A stretch of 34,970 bases of DNA. Origin: a virus (taxonomy: Duplodnaviria; Caudoviricetes). Where the stretch lies: the IMG/VR virus record IMGVR_UViG_3300043764_000020, positions 1-34,970 of that record; one strand, written 5' to 3'. Positions 33,962-34,970 of this stretch are shown here, piece by piece (position 1 is the stretch's first letter; every line of letters starts with the position of its first letter). Position numbers and translations under genes: made by a program. Under the pieces are notes generated by a model. The model ran no database searches, was not told the DNA's origin, and saw only the letters and a list, made by a program, of their open reading frames with translations.

Positions 33962-34970
33962 CAGCTGATCCTCTCCCAAGACCACCCGTACAGGGTGCAG
34001 ATGTTGGAGGCCGAAGCGGTCCCCCACTGCGCGGTGACGGCCAGGGTCTGGCTCACCGTGGAGTCCTTCACGAAGACCGACGTGCCGTCGTTGCGGAGGG
34101 AGGCGTCGGCAGCGTTCAGGGTGGTCGTGCTGGTCAGCGAGGAGAGCGCCTGGAGGCTGCCGAACCAGTTGGCCCCGGCGCCCACGGTCAGGACCGTGAA
34201 GTACCCGGTGAGCTGCCAAGGCCGGTTGGTCGGGGACGCGTTGCTGGCAGCGGTGAACACTGCGGCGGCAGCGGAGGTACCGGTGACCCCGCCGACCTTC
34301 AGGCGGAAGGTGAGCGTGGGGGTCGTGGAGGCTGCCGGGATGGCTACGCCGAACGCGGTGGCCCGGAAGGTGGCACCCGGGGTCGCGTAGTTGCCCGGGA
34401 GAGTCGCGGAGCTGATGACCGTCTCGGTGGCCGTGTTGGACACGGTGTTGGTGACGCCCACGGACCCGTAGTCGAAGACGTAGTTGCTGGTGCGCCACAC
34501 GCCCAGCGAGCCGTTGTAGACCTGCTCCGCTGCCAGGTCCAGCCGGTAGACGCGGTCACCGTTGATCGGGGAGGGGAAGGCTGCGTCCCGGGCCGACTGG
34601 GAGGCCACCCGGTTGATGACCCCTCCGTCCAGGGCTGTTGCAAGGGCCTGCTCCAGCGGGTCGTTCGGGCTGTAGGGCAGGTGCGCCTTCGGCGTGTACG
34701 ACAGGGTTGCCGCGTTTGCGTCCGCTGCCCGCTGGACGGCTATCGCCCTCGTGGCGGCCAGGTCGACCGCTTTCGGGGACAGGGCCCAGCGCACGCCGGA
34801 GCCGAAGTCCAGCCACAGGGTGGCGATGTAGTTGTCCGGCCCGAAGAAGACCGCCTGCCCGAAGGAGTCCGTCGTCACCGAGGTGACCGCCGCTCCGGAA
34901 ATGTTCTGGAGGTCGGATCCGGGTGCCGCTCGTACGTGAGTCGTAGATCGTGGCCGTGGCGTTCACGTAC
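33961..34970 (-). CDS. minor tail protein, paralog of 32990-33961; 5' truncated, apparent frameshift at ~34915
   Basis: FFGPDNYI..LW.DFGSGVRWALSPKAVDLAA.RAIAVQRAADA shared; homology switches frame at 34915. Confidence 0.8.

Noticed and set aside
1-34970. tRNA genes, integrase/attP, reverse transcriptase
   Set aside because: No cloverleaf with T-loop and CCA, and no recombinase or RT motifs found by eye; a tRNAscan/ARAGORN run would be definitive

Overview
High-GC actinobacterial phage DNA, most likely Streptomyces-infecting judging by GC content and TTA codon placement. Almost all genes are on the minus strand. Read on that strand from the right end: two paralogous minor tail genes, a lysis block (membrane protein, degenerate lysozyme-like/LysM protein, holin), and a replication/nucleotide module (SNF2 helicase, RuvC-like, PD-(D/E)xK exonuclease, SLOG, ThyX, DUF5664-like, AAA ATPase, SSB, PolA-type polymerase). 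These are followed by a TerS-like gene, many small accessory genes, a deaminase, an HNH nuclease, a papain-like peptidase, and a P-loop replication protein next to a GATTAC iteron cluster. Main signals beyond the gene list: (1) a ~510-nt highly structured plus-strand ncRNA candidate at 18325-18834; (2) a second pseudoknot-like RNA at 30835-31125; (3) TTA codons concentrated in TerS, lysis-block and peptidase genes, suggesting bldA-tRNA-gated late functions and a displaced cysteine-peptidase endolysin; (4) a 15-bp promoter/operator motif (TGCTAGGGTAGATAC) at about 25 sites that defines modular single-gene cassettes and leaderless genes. All family calls are by-eye motif recognition; no searches or folding programs were run.
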